Assembly (NCBI GenBank): GCA_964247055.1
Contig: OZ176054.1
Span: 8,680,001-8,744,000, forward strand
Length of the DNA stretch: 64,000 bases
Direction: 5' to 3'
Origin: Paragordius varius
Taxonomy: Eukaryota > Animalia > Nematomorpha
The first letter of the stretch is position 1. Each line of letters starts with the position of its first letter. This document shows positions 45,601-61,600 of this stretch, one piece after another. A program made the position numbers and the translations under genes. The notes beneath the pieces were generated by a model that ran no database searches, had not been told where the DNA came from, and worked only from the letters and a program-made list of their open reading frames with translations.

Positions 45601-48600
45601 TTTTAGGAATTGGCTTTGTTAGAGATTGATGATTACGGTTTGCTTGTGGAACCGCAATGGATTTTATACCCCTCAAGTTTAAGGACAAATACATCCACAG
45701 AAAGCGTCAATGATCATTTTGTACATTATTTAAATTGGTATCCTTATACCAATGAAAACAATCATTTTATCGTTAGTAGTAATAATGCTGCCTCAAGATT
45801 ACACTCAAACCATTCTATTCTTAAATTATTTTGGTTAGAGCATTTAATAACATGTCCTCCTCAGCATAATTTTGGCTCTGATTTCCAAAATAATTCAAAA
45901 TTTGGATATGAAACAAAGTCATATCTTTGCGTAGTGACAACAGAATCAATCAAAATACTCCGTTTTTCAGATGAAAACACTAACTTTTTACTACATCCTT
46001 TTACTTGCACAGAAGATACGTTTCTTAACTCTTCTGCGAGAAGCAATAAAAATTTTGGAGAAATATTTTATAATTTTACTGTACCAAGTTCAGTTCAAGT
46101 AGATGCAACCATTTTTACCATGAATCAAACAAAAAATTATACAACCAATGAAAATAAAAATGAAAAACCCGAAAAAGATTGTCAAAACACATGGGTTGAG
46201 GATTTAAGCTTGGCATCTATTTTGTTGATATTAACCAATAAAGGTAACCCTACTAATTTGAAAAATCAACTTAATAAGAATATGTATTTATTTTAATAAC
46301 AATTTTTTAGGAACCGTACATTGGCAAATTGTAGGGGAATGTGTCCCTAACTCAATTCCATTTTATATTACTAATACACTTGACCTGCCAATCCTTTACA
46401 ATGAGGTTACTATTTTGTCATTAATCATTAAAAATTTAACAAATTTGATTTACATTTCGATATAATGTATTTTGATTGACTGTTTTTTTCGTTCTATAAT
46501 CTATATATAGTAAACCACTAATTAAGAAAATAATTTATTAAGCAAAATAAAATATCAGACATGTACAGGATTATTGTATTATAGATATTTTCTATTAAAT
46601 AAATTTCATTATTTTAAAGGATTATGTCGCAAATGAAGATGACTTTATATGTGGTGGTGGGATAAGTATATTTTTTCATTCCACAACTCAAACATTATTA
46701 ATTTCGTTTGCGAATGGAACCGTTTTTGTTGGACAACTCGGCTTAAATGTTACCAATTTCAATCAACCATTAAGTGTTAATTTGGAATTTCTTACCTTTT
46801 ATCAATTGCAATTACCATTGTGCAAAAAGTATATTATTTATAACGAATATATATATACTATAAATTACTAATGACAACTAAGCATAAAGAATAAAAGACT
46901 AATATTTTTATTGAGGACAAACATATTTTTTGATTAATTATTTTATTGTCCTACAATTGCGTTTGATAACAAAATATGTTACTGATTTTTATTTCAATTT
47001 CCTTACTTTGTTAACCAATTATAAATACGGATTTTTATAAAAAAAATTAGTCTCGTACCTTTTACACGTTGTCTTTATATTGTATAATTTTCTAAAAAAC
47101 TTTTAAGCCTGTAATATTTTGACAATTATAGTTGTTTCTCATATGGATCCCCCTATGATTATGAACAGGACCCATATCAACCCAATGTTGTGTATTGTAA
47201 GGCCATGATAAATTACAATACCCATACAAAGGATGTCAAAAATAACAATCCCGATAATGAAACGAATCTGATTGATTTAACAACAAACGCACAGGAAAAT
47301 TCTACTATTGGGTTATAAAAAATATATTTTATAAGCCTGTATTTATATCTATTTAGCAAAATACTTATTAGACCATAATTTGTTTTGTTTTATAATTTGG
47401 AGATAAAATCCTCAGGTTTTAAAATTAATTATATTCATTACGCTACCGAAAGTTAAATGGTTTATATTTTGTAATCAATTGATTTATCATGTAATTTCTA
47501 TAATATTTTATATATGTAAAATATAATTTTTTATAGAGAATTTAACAGTCGACCATTGATACTCTTTTTTGGAGCTGATAAATTGCATTTAGCAGACCTT
47601 AATGTTGAAATGGAAAATTGGACTGATGTGCAATCATATTCATCTATGCTTGTGTTAGCATCCATGGTTTATCTTTTATAAATAAAATTTTTTCTATAAA
47701 TTTGCTTTTTTCATGCATTACTTTTACCTGGAAATACAAATTAGGATTGGATTATCGTAAATATAATCGAGTTTGACCAGAGTATGCATATATGATACCG
47801 GTTATTAGAGCTTTTCTATATGACCAGTAAACAAAATTCAAATTTATGTTTATCCTATAGAAAACATTAATTTAATGTAAAAAAAACATACAAATTTCGT
47901 TAATTGTGTGTAAGTAAAACTAATTAAACCATAATAGAGTGGTTAATTTTGTAAAGTTTTATTTGGTCATAACATATACGCGATTTTAATAATTGACTGG
48001 TCATGACTGTAAAGGATTGCAATTATACATGGGTAGATTAGTTACCCTTTTTGATATAACCACAACTGTAACATTTAAATACATTGTTTTTATTTCTGTT
48101 ACTATTTATGAATACTTTGAATAGATAAAAACCTTGACGTTTGTGGATAACCACTTCTATGTATTGTGTGAAAATGGGAATTTATTTATTTATAACTTGT
48201 TGGGATTTGGCAGAGCTAACTATCAGTTGTTGGATATTTTGGGCATAAATGGGCCATTTATGGATGTCGAAATAAGTATTTACATTAATTTTTATTAATG
48301 ATGCTATTTTTGAGAACATTTTTTTCAGATTTTAGATAAATAAATAATACATTATTTTCAATCATTGTGCATTAATTTAATGAATGCTTAGCATTTATTT
48401 TATTGATTCTATTTTTATTTAAAATATTGGGCTTATTTGCTAAATATTATGTTTCATTTAAATTCATTTAAATATATTTTCGTTTAATCAATCCCTATAG
48501 GCTTTAAAAATATATGAAATTTTTTACGTTCCTTAAACTAATTTTTAATTGATTGTTTTATTTTTTATCCCAAACGAATAGGTATTAATCAATCTGATTC

Positions 48601-51600
48601 ACAAATTAAATTACGAGAGCCTATATCCAAATTGGTTGATGAGTTGTGTTCAGACATGGAAGAAATTAATTTACCTCAACAATCAGTAGTAAAATGTATA
48701 AAAAATATTTTAAAAATTTTTTAGTAACTCAAACTTATTTTATAATTTATTCCAATTTATTCTAGCACCGAAAACAGCGAATGATAATAAAGTTGTACAT
48801 GATTCAAACTATTTCGAAACTTGTCACATATTATCGATGCCGCCACCTCAACATGGAATTCAAACGGGGGGAACGCTTTCGACTAGTAAATTTATTTTAA
48901 TACCTTTTTGAATTAATTATGATTAAATACATATATTTTTGCTATTCTTTTTTAGTATTGACCAAATATTAGAATTGCAAAACAACAATTATTGGCATTT
49001 TAATGGTTGAAATATTTTTAGTTTAAATGTGCAATTAGTTTTTATAGGATTTTTAAAATTTATAATGTCATAAAAGAGCTCTAATTTTATTTAAATTTTG
49101 TGCGATTGTTTTCAAAATTATATTGCTCTTAAATAGATGCACCTCAATATGGGCTCAATGCAATGAATTCATTTTGTCTACTAAATCAATCTGTTAATTC
49201 GCCATTAGAATCATCGAACATATCCACCATGCCAGTAGTTTTATCAGAGGATATGGCTGGTATCGAATTGTGTTTTGGTGGACGAGATTTTCTCGAAATT
49301 TACGATAAAGAACGACTTAAACGCCGGTATATTTTGTATCGAATCAAACTTGAAAATTATTATATATAGAGTTTTTAAATCACATTTGCTTGTAAAAACC
49401 GTTTTGAACAAATAATTTTATTTTAGGCTAACTACACCTGGTCTGTATATAGCTTATATTCCATCACCCAATCAATCATCTAAACCTTCAAGCCCGTTAC
49501 CACAAGGCATGGGAACATCACCAATCCCTAAATATAAAGTACAGACTGGAAATTAACTGATTTTCCTTATAAAATAATTAAATAAGTCTCTTCATTTTGA
49601 ATATAATTAAAACACATTATATTTATTTAAAATTAACGGATTTTTGTAGGTTTGTGGGTTTTCATATATTTTATAATTATTTTATAGAATTACGCAACCT
49701 TAGAAATTTCTCTAAAAAGTGCGAACAAATCAAAGAACAAGAATACACCCTTATCCTATTACATTGCTGGTATACAAGTCCAAATAGGGGTTCACTCAAC
49801 TAACAGGAACCCAACTTTTTTACAAATCGATGACTATAATGCAATTCAGGTTTTAGTTATTAAAATCTTTTAAAAGTTTTTTAAATAATGAACAATTTTA
49901 TAAGAATATTATAATTTCTTATAGATTAAACCGACTAAAAAGAGCCGATGGTTTGATTTTCATTTAGATCAGCGTGATATCTCAGAACGAAATCCTATTG
50001 CATTAAAAAGTAAATCAATTTATTTGTACTATATTCTTTTTATATTTTTGAAAACATATTTTCGTATAGTTGGGTTAAACAATACTGATCCCAGGAAAAT
50101 TACAGTGATTGATAATATACGGATATATCTTAAATGCAATTCGGGTAGTTTTATTTAATTTTTTTATATATAAATCGTTATAAATATTAATTTTAAATGA
50201 TATAATATCTAATACATAGAACATGGGACAACATTAAATGGATTTTCAAATGCCAAAAATATGTTTAATAATATACACGTTGAATCTTTTAAACGCCAAA
50301 TATCATCTAACATTATATTCGTTTTGACAAATCGTTACTTTCTAAATCAACCTAATAACTTTGCAATGTTTAATAATGATTTTGGAACTGGATCACTCCC
50401 AAACTTAATTTCCTTGTAAGTTATTTAATATTAATTATTCTATTCAGAAATCTATTAGGCTGTTAATATTTAATAAATTACGGTAGATTATATATAATAA
50501 AATTGAAATTGTTTTAATTTTCTAGTTTCGATAAGTTTAATATGTCATAAAATATTGTTTTAAAGTGTTCTTTGATATTTATTTCTGTGATGCAATCTAT
50601 TTAAAATATGCTTAATTGTTAAAGAATAATTAATTCATAATTTACAATTTTCAAACACTAGTCATTAATAATTTTAGTTAAATTTATGTTTGTGAAAAAA
50701 ACTTGTTAAACTATTTTGAAAATGATATTTTATTTCAGCGTAATGATTTTTTTCTACAAACCTTAAAATTACAATCTCATTGTTAATGAATTGAAATACA
50801 TATTCTAGATTTTTATAAGCCATATAATAAAATATAACTGTTTTATACAAATAATTAATGTTTTATTGTTTAATATTTATTACAATAAATTACATAAATT
50901 CATAGGTTAACTACAAGTGTCTGCACAAATTCTATCTACTTATATGAATTAAATTCCCAAAAAGATTACGGTCTTAATAAAGGAATGATACCACAAACAT
51001 GGAATGCTTTTTTGGATGATATTTATCTCAAGCATTTGAAACAATATATGTACCAAAACACTTTGATTTCTAACGCCATAGAAAATAGTCTTATTGAAAT
51101 ATTTTCGGACACCTCATGCAATGAACTTATTGATACATTATTGGTAAAATAATATTTTTCCCAATATATTTTTTAAATGTAATTTATTTAATTTTCGGTT
51201 TTTTAACAAAGTTAATAGTTTTAGTTGTTAAAAACGCCATTATTATCAAACCTTACAATAATTTTATAGCGTTCTTTCAAATTTTATTAACACATACTTT
51301 ATAATTGAGTAAAATATGTTTTTTAATATTCAACCTAAATTATAATTTGAACAACCTATGTTATAGGAAAAAGAATGGTTTCAGCATCAAATCAATGTTT
51401 TAAAACGGTCGGTTGATGGAACTCTTGACTGGAATGATACACATCTTCTTATTTCTGCAATAAAATTTTGTCATAAAATTTGGATTAATCGTCCATTGAC
51501 TTTTGCGCTTTACATAAAAAATAATTTATCTACTCATAATATGAATAATTTTTACGAATATATGCAATCCGAATTCCCTTTAACTACGCTAATTTCTGTA

Positions 51601-52309
51601 AAGAAGCTAGTTAACTATCTGGTTGTATATCAGTATATAGCAACTGACAAATTCTATGATAATAAAGCTATAAATATGGACACATTACAATCGCTTTCAA
51701 GTCGTGATACGATAAAAGAATACCCAATAATATATGTTTGCCCGTTAACGCTTAACAAATATATCAATGCCGCAATATTTGCTATATGTGAAATCGTTTA
51801 TCAAACCTATATTTTGCCATACCATAGTTTATTACTTTACCCTTTAACAAGCGAATGTGCCAACGGTTTGTAATATTTTTGTTTCGATTCAAAAAATAAG
51901 AGTCATTTTATTGTATTTTAACTATGAATTATAGTTGAAATTTTGTTTTGTACTATAACAACTTTAGACTTAATTGAACGGGGTTGGGACGTCATGTATT
52001 ATTTGTTGTTAACTGGATCCGAAATTATAATGGAATCTACAATTCAATCTCTTACAATACTATTATCGCATCATGATGCTGCATTTAAAGAACTTCAAAA
52101 CATTAATTTACCATCAAATATTACTGAAGTACACTATAAACTTTTAATAATTTTCTAATATAAGGTTTGATTATTTTTTTTCTAAAATATATATATATAT
52201 ATATATAGGATGAAATTCAAATTTTAAAGAAGTTTTGTCAACCCAAATCGGCCCCAAATTCCTTCAATATTAGAAATGGCTATTTAGTAATTGACAGGTT
52301 TGTTTAAAT

Positions 52310-52349
<40 letters not shown>

Positions 52350-54364
52350 ATGCTTAAAAACTAGACAACCCAATAAAATATATTAATAATAATAATAGTT
52401 TCTACCAATACCTGCTGGAAAAATTCTTACAACAAAATAGCATAACTACACTAAAATCTCTATCAATAATGTTGCTTTCCTGCATAAATCTTATGGTTAC
52501 AGCTTTAGAAAATGCTTCCAACCACGAATTGGCCTATGCTGAAAAATGGTCCCAAATCATAATTCAATCAGTGTCCATGTACCATGGAATAGTAAAAACT
52601 ATATATATAATTTTATAATTTTAATTACACTCCTTCGTATTTTTTTGCATAGAATGATAACGAAAAAACTGACATTTCTGTCAACCAAGAAATAAATATT
52701 TGTATGCATCGGATAATCATACATGTTTTAAGTTCAACTGCTATTTTACCTCAAAACTATTTGACTCGGTTATTTAGCTTTCAGGAAGATGTTATAATTT
52801 GCCTAGATCAATTATTGAAACGGTGTATTGAATATATAACGGCCAACGTAAAAGTAACATTTTAATTTTAATAAACATTTAGATAATGTGTCAAGCTCCC
52901 TCGACGGATAATTGCATCAATATTTTCTTAATTTATTACAAATTAATGCTAATTATTCAGGTAAAATTAACTAATTTAATAACAAATTTTATTTCATGGC
53001 AGATAACATCGGTAACAAATTTAATGTTTGATTCAAATAATGAATCTAAGGAAGCAACAGTATACAACAATCATAAATTATGGTGTGAAAAGATTTCGCA
53101 AGAAATATTACCACAACTTGCCTACAATTGCTTGGAGCTAATATATTGTCATACCCAGCAGCAAATGGATTATAAGAAACAAATATCTGAGTGTCCGTAT
53201 TTCGTCGATTCTCTAAAGTAATAAAGTTTTGTAGGAATATTTTGATATTAAAAAAAATTTGTTTTCACCAATAATAATTGACATTTGAAGGCGCTTAAAC
53301 TCGTTGAATAAATGCAATCATCCTGTTTTGAGGGGTTTGTGTTTTGATTGCGGCCAATTTTTCAGAGTCTCCCAAATATTGATTGAGCTTGGCAGTTTAA
53401 TTGTATTTATACTTTAATTTTTATTATGGCGGTGAAGGTTAAGATCTACCGGATTTTTCGGATAGTGTTTAGAGATATATTCGATATATCAGTATATGTG
53501 ACCTTTTCGTCATAAATAAAATTTGCTTATAAGTAACGGATAATTTTTTAGTGCTTAAATGTGAGAGATTAATTGTATCAAGCAAGTTTTTAATCGGAAA
53601 ATTTCTAAAAAGAATATTGATATTTAAAAAATATACCTCAAACTTTCCATTTATAAAGTGTGATTGGTTATCAGTAAAAGGTTTGAATTGTGGTTTACTT
53701 CATAAAATTTTTAATATATAGGAAAATTTGAGTTAAATTGTAATTCACCAAAAACACAATTTTTGCTGGTGAAAAGGGAAAATCTTAATTATAATTATAT
53801 GACTTGATGATATTTCCTTATACGTTTGTCTTTTAGACACTCTACTCCGTCTGAAATATCTTTGAGTGAATTAACGAAACTTACACATTACACTTTGTAT
53901 AATATATGTTGTGGCCATTCCCAAGAAAACTATTTGGCACACAAAGAAATATTTGGCCTACATAAATTGTGGTTTCGATTGCAAAATTTGCTTTGGATTT
54001 TATTGCCCAAGAGTTTACTAAGCATGGATAATAATGATTCCTTTTCTACATTAAAGGACAACGAATTAGATGAAAATTTTATCGATCATTTCTGTCAAAA
54101 TTGGTATTTCCCCAACGAATATGGGCAATATGGTAATAATTTTACTTAATAAAATAATTATTTATTAATATTATACTTTAAACATATTAAATATTAACTT
54201 TATTAAAATCTCACAAATTTTAAAATAAAAACATTTTTTTGACATAAATTATGTATAAATGCGATTAACATTATGTATAATTTAACCCAATATTCCTTTA
54301 TTTACCTATAAAATCCTTTATTTAACACTTTATATACCATCAAAATTTAATATGTAATCATTTA

Positions 54365-54400
<36 letters not shown>

Positions 54401-55616
54401 TTAGACAAGACATATTTCGTAGTAACCCAAACAACTCAATTATTAAGAACAATCCTTGAACATATCATTACCAAAGGCTCATATTTTACCCATTTTGTTA
54501 AAATAATTTATGGGTGCGAAGCGTGGCCCTTAACTCAAATCATAATGATGGATGAAAAATTAATGAATTACAAAAGAGTTTACCTATTTTCTGCACTCAT
54601 GCAGATGAGTTGGCTTTTCAAAGAATCCGATATTAATTTAACGATCCAAAAAGTATTATTGGGATGTATCAAAACTTTGAGAAATTTATCACCTATTCCT
54701 ATGGCTAAACAATTATTGCAAGGTTGGCATTATTAGTCATATACTTTTATATATTATTGAATAACATTTTGTTAAAAAGAAGTTTTACAATCGTTTGAAT
54801 TTTATTTTAAATTAAATATAAATAATGGAAGATGCATCTAACACGGTGTCTAAAAAAATGGTTTGTGCAATATTTATCATAAGTGTTTATACGATTGAAA
54901 AAAAAATTTAATTATATTAGTCAAATTGGTAGCATTTATATAATTAATTTTTGTTTATCATTTACAAAAAAAACTACAGAAATCAATTCCAACATTACAA
55001 TATATATCAAGGTTAATTTGATACAAATGGAAGATGAAGATATACGGTGGCTTGCGCGAAGCTTTCTTTTGACTTACTATGAGTATATTTTATTATAATT
55101 ATTATTTAAAAAAAAATTATACAAAAGTTAAAATATAGTAAAATAAATTTGGTTCCCTGCTTATCTTAAATCAAATTTAGACAAAGTGTATTTAATTAGT
55201 TTGTTATAATTTAATATTTTTTATATACTTGATAGAGTTCAAAAAATTGAAACCTTACATATGTCCTAAAATAAGATATATTAGAATGTATAACTTTGTT
55301 AAAATATTAATTAAATATATGATATAGTGAAATACTCCAAGAATCACAACAACGTTCCTTTTTTATGATTTATATACTTCCCATGTTACCTGTTACACTA
55401 TCGGGCGGCTTCAAATCTTTGCAATTTCTTGACATTATTTGTTACATGATTACCAAAGGGTACACTACAAATTCAAAATCTAATCAACAATTTGGGTAAT
55501 TTAAGATATAAATTTTACATTTTTCAATCGCATTTATAAACCTATATAAGGATTAGGGTTGGATTTATACGGTACAAGAATTAATAATCTGTTTTGCGTT
55601 TATGAATGCAGTCGTT

Positions 55617-55664
<48 letters not shown>

Positions 55665-58600
55665 AAATTAATAATATTCCATTGCAAATATATCTTCCAC
55701 CTAAAAAATTAAAGGGAAATCAACTAATGGTGTATTTGTTTTTACAATTAATAAATTTTTTTATTTATTGCATTAAATTTAAAATATATACCATAAATTT
55801 TATACTTATATCGAAACATTTCTTTAAAATCTCTGACTGGTTATATTTAATACAGTCATGAATGGATTCATAAATGCAGTAATAAGAATTGGTCAAACCC
55901 TTGTACCCACACAAACGCTAAATTATATATTTCAAATTTGCATTTTTTCACATCCTATATGATAATATTGATTTAGTTTTGACACCGATATCATGGACAT
56001 ATGTATGCAATATTTATCCTACATTAATGACTCCTTTATACGAAATCCAAGAATTGTCATTTATAATTTTATTGATCATTTCTTGTGTGAAGAAAATCAT
56101 GATTCTACACATAATAATAATAACAATAAAAAAGACACGAGTCATCCCAACAAAAGTGACGACAAATTTTATGATTACAATGAAATGGCTTTTGAAAAGT
56201 CTAGCAACCCATATTACTTGGAAAGTTATGTCAACTGTTTGCAGTGTGCACCCATGCACAATTATGCAGTAATTATTAATTTTAAAATAATTTTTTGGCT
56301 AAAAAATATTTTTAAATGTTTAAAAATTTAGGGTTACCTTGTTGATATATAAATTCTTTTTTGATTTAAGTTTTTTAAAATTATCGATGCAAAATAAATT
56401 AATATATTATGTTTTTTTGGATTTGTATTTTTTTATATTCACAAATTTTTAGAACATCAAGTTATCATCAATCAAAAAGGAGTCTAAATATACCGCATCC
56501 TCAATTATTGTACGTTTGCTGACATTTCACAAAATTTGCTCCTTCCAAGTTAAAATAAATGAAATTAAAAAAATCAAAATGGTAATTTTTTACAAAAATA
56601 TTTTTATTTATAATATTTATAAATATTTTTAGTATTTTATGATTTTCTATTTTTTGCACGCGCTTTATAATAATCACATTTATTTTAGCAAGTTATTATC
56701 CATATAAAATATCATTTATTTGATTATCAAGTTTTGCAAAACTTTTTATCTGAATTATCTATTATTATTATTGTTATTCTATTTTTACAGGTAAAAACGC
56801 TTTCAATTCACATAAATAACAATGTTAATGCCAGCATAGTTGAATTGAAAAATGCCCACAAAAATCAATGGCTTACCATACTAGATCAAGTTGTTTTACA
56901 ACCGGCTCAATCATGGCTTAAGATTGATTTACCGATCCCTGTTATTGCACACAATGTTAAGATTGAATATGATTCATTTTATGGTGTGGATTCCAGTGAT
57001 TTAAATTATGGTATTAACATTTTTTTCCAGAAAATATCACATTTTTGCTATATAAATAGGTCTTTAAAATGATATTTATTACTTAAAGCTTGATTTGATT
57101 CTACACACTCAAAAACTTGCTCCAATAATAATTATATTTTCGATAATAAAATTTGCGTATTAAATGCCCCTTTTTGTTATGTTTCATCTCATCTTCAAAC
57201 AATATTCTTCTAAAGTGTGAAATAATTTTATCAAAAACCAAAAATTTACATTATATCTTGTTTATGTTTAGCTGATCGTTCAAGTGATATATTTTGCCCA
57301 AAATGTAATTTAATTGTACACTCAATTACCGGGGTATGCAGTAATTGTGGAGAAAATGCTTTTCAATGCTCCAAATGCCGGTATATTAAATAGAGTTGAA
57401 CAAATATTTTATGAATCAATTATAATTAAGGATAAGTTTCGAATATTCACATTATATGCATAATTCATTAAAATTATCATAAATTTGATTTATTATTTTT
57501 AATAATAATTAAAAATTAGAACTTGATCGGTGAATTTATATTATTTACTAATAATAATAATAATAATAATTTCATTATCATCCATCAACTAAATTTTTAC
57601 AAATATTTTTATGGATTATACGCTCAAAATGTTAATATTTTAGGTCTATCAATTACGATGACCGTGAGCCATATCTCTGTACTAATTGCGGTTTGTGTAA
57701 ATATGCCAAATTTGAATATTTTATAAACGCCAGGCCTTGTGTTGCCGTTGGTCCAATTACCAATGATGCAATATATAATAAGGTTGTTAACACAAAACAA
57801 AATCAACTTTTATAATAAAAAAACATATTTAACCATAAAATAATTTTTATGATTTTTAAATTAGTTTTTTGTATTTTGGTCTTATTTAAGGATTGAAAAT
57901 TTTGTCCATATAAAGCCGAGCCTTTTACATCAAATTGTTTTAAATGACTAATTACCATTCGAAATATACAGTATTTCGCGCTTTTTCGAATGATATACAA
58001 TACATGGCTCTATATCTAAAACTGTTAATTTTGAAAATATCGAGTTTAATGTTAAATCGGGGCCGAATTTTTTCGATAAACCCTAATTAAAAGAAATTCC
58101 CAGTGTTAAACCAATTTTTTCAGATATACAATTTATGTATTTAAATAGGATGAATTTTAAATTTATAAGAATGGCAGTTAAATAAAGTAAAATTTGTTGT
58201 CTAGTGTAATTGATTGAAAATAAAACAATGATAGAATGTAATTAAATGAATAAAGATAATATTTCTGTATTATTAGTTTTTGTATAATTTAGTTTTAAAA
58301 TATTGATTAAAACAAAAAAAATTAATCAAAATGATAGTAATCCCGTAAATTTTAAATTCAATATTTTTTTGTATTCATAGGCCGTTAGTGATTATGAGGA
58401 TTTATGGCTTAAATATGACAAAAATCAGAAAATGATTGAAAGTTATGCTTTAAGTATACGAGAATTAGTTAGCAACTTTCAAGATCATCATGATTCGGTA
58501 TTTTTTAATTTCATTTTAAACTTTTGCATAAAGTTATAAATTTGTATTAAATGTAATTTTCTATATTTCATATATTTTTATTATATAAATACGGTAGGAG

Positions 58601-61600
58601 CAGGCCAATCTTGATTCAAAATTATCGCAAATTCGTCAAAAATATTACATGGAATGTAAATATATATATTTGGATTCATTACACATGATACGAGATTTAT
58701 CCTACTTCCAAAGGTCACTATTGAAAGCGAAATCCTTTTTGGGAAAAAGTATTGCAATTGACTCTGAACAAAATAAAAGTGAACTAGGATCTGTTCCCTC
58801 TGAAAAGTAATTTATTTATACCATTGAAAAGTGGATTTTGGAAACTTTTTTATTTTTTAGATTTGTAATTTGCCAATAATGCGTAATTCATTGATAGTCA
58901 GACTAGATGAGATATTTTATAGATTTATACTTATATTACATTCTTTAAAATTTAATCTGTAATTTTAGGTTGAATCTTTGTGACAATAATTGCATGACAT
59001 GTTTAAGAAAAGGGATGGATCATTGTTTGACATTAATAACTACATTAGCAACCTTGAATACTGGACTGAAAGACAAAATTAGAAATGCCGTAATTTAATT
59101 AAATTTTGCAAAACCTTTTTTTTAAATTTATCTCGATTGCAAAATATTTTGATTTAGTAGCAATTTCATCCCATATAAAAATATTATTATTCAATTAAAA
59201 AATTCCTACTTCAGGGAATTAATAATATTTTTTATTTCTAATTAAAATCAATAATATTTCAATTAAGGGTTAGTAAATAGACTTTTGGAAAAACTTTCTG
59301 GTTTTACCGGATTAGATTAAGAAAACATTTATCAGGATTTGGCTTTATCAAACAAATAAGTATAAAAAAATGATAAAGAAAATTTTACCATTTTTTTATT
59401 AGTAAAAAACGCAAATAATCATAACATATTATGTAAATGAATATTGTTTCAATACTCTTTATACCTATTTTAGCCTGATATCATGCCTCAGTTAATGGTG
59501 TACAATATGGTATTCTCTTTTTCCAAAACATCCATTTTATTAAATATTTTATCAAGCCAATCACCAATCTTTACTGTGTTGATTGATAACGTTCTAACAG
59601 CCATAGTCATAAAGTGTGCTATTGAGACTAAAAATTATAACTTAAAAATCATGGAATTTTGTGATAACCACGAAATCAAAGCGTTTACAATTGGATTATA
59701 TGAGGCCATCGATAATTACAAAAATATATTTTTTTCTACTTGGCCACTAATTAGCAATTGTTTGAAGCATTTATCTCAGAGCCTTACTTACTATAACGAA
59801 GGATGGGAGGAACATTTGAAATGCGGTATAGCACAAATTAATTTTGCTCCATTTTTTGTGTATTAATAATATCTTTCGAATTGGTGTTTGATTATTAAAA
59901 TTTATTATATCCATTCTTTTATATTTCATTTGTAGTTATGCGTTTAACATTGTTAATCATTCAACACGTCTCACCCAACACCCTTACGTTTCAACGTTTA
60001 ATTACTCACCTTGTTAAAATTATTTTTCATACAAACCTGCTATGTGGACTAAAACCTAAACTATTAAGTTCCATCATATCAAATACGGATTTAACAAATT
60101 ATAACAACCCTATACTTGCGTTATTTTTACCATCATTTAAACGCAAAAATATACGGACTAATTCTCGCATTCGTCTCAATTCATCACCCTCTAAATTTAA
60201 GAATGTATCACCTCGTCGGAAAGCTTCTTTGAGTCCTGTGAAAAAAACCAGCAGCTCGTCTTTTAAAAATATTTTAACGATTGAAACACAAAACTCTGAT
60301 ACCTTTACTACATTGGTTGGATTCAGAAAATGGTTATGGAATAGTTATGAAAACAACACTGTAATTAATAAAGAAACAAGTTTTTCAGGTGAGATGCTTT
60401 TTAGATTATTATGTATAGATGGAGGATGATTTAAATTTCCATTAAAATGGTTGAAATATACTAAGGTATATATATCTAACTTGAGCTAATTATTTTCTCC
60501 AGTATTATTTTTAGGACTTACTAATCCAATACAATTATCAGTTGACTAATTTATATTTTATTTTTTTGTAGTATAATCATATTCGTTTTTAGTTTTGTTA
60601 AAAAGAAATAGCTAAATACTAAATTGCAAGTTTTGTATTTTGTTTTATCATTCTATATAATTCCATATATTCATCCTTTTTATATCTTAATTGATACTCT
60701 AATATAATACGGTTTTCTTTTGTTGTTTTAGATTCTAATCTTATTGATCCTAACAATTGGATTACAATACTGTTATTATCACCAAATACAAAGGCACGTA
60801 AAATTGCTGTCGGCTTACTAAAAACATTAATGGCTAAATGTAAAAATCCATATTGGCGACGTTACTTACTTGGGTACCCTCATTTTTATTATTTTATTTT
60901 GTATTCTTTTTACATTTTTAATTTTTTATGGATAATTAAAAATTGCTATAGAATTACCATAATTTTATGAGGATGTATTAAAGAATGGATAAAAAATATT
61001 ACCTGGATATTATTAAAAGAAATTTAATTTAAACTTTGTAAAAACTTACATTTCTTATATGTTCACTCTAAATTTACATATATTTAAAACCTTCACAATA
61101 TAAAGATTGTTAACCCAAAAGACTTTACAAAACTATGAACATTGTGAAGATTATTTACAGCTTTTAAACATTACAATGCGCAAAGATATGATATCTGCTA
61201 AAACGGCGGCCATAATTAAAGCATTTGATAAACAAGCCTTGGAAAATATAATTTTGAGGGTGGGTACTACATTAAATTTTGGTTTTAAAATTCTTGTGAT
61301 TTTTTAGATCTAATAATTTGTGTATACTTTTTTTTAGGTCATTGCTGATGTTAAAATGGATACTGGTCGCTATGAATTTAATCCAATTTTATTTGATCTT
61401 ATTGGTAAGATATAATAATTATTTTTTGTAACACAATTTTTCTAACCCATATGTAAATTTAATATCAATAGTTTCACATTGAATCGAATTTTTTTATATT
61501 TAAAACGTTAAATCTAACTTGATAATTGCGTAGTGTATTTTAATTTATATGACGAAATAAAAAGAGATACAGATAAACTAACTGCTTAATATTGATTATA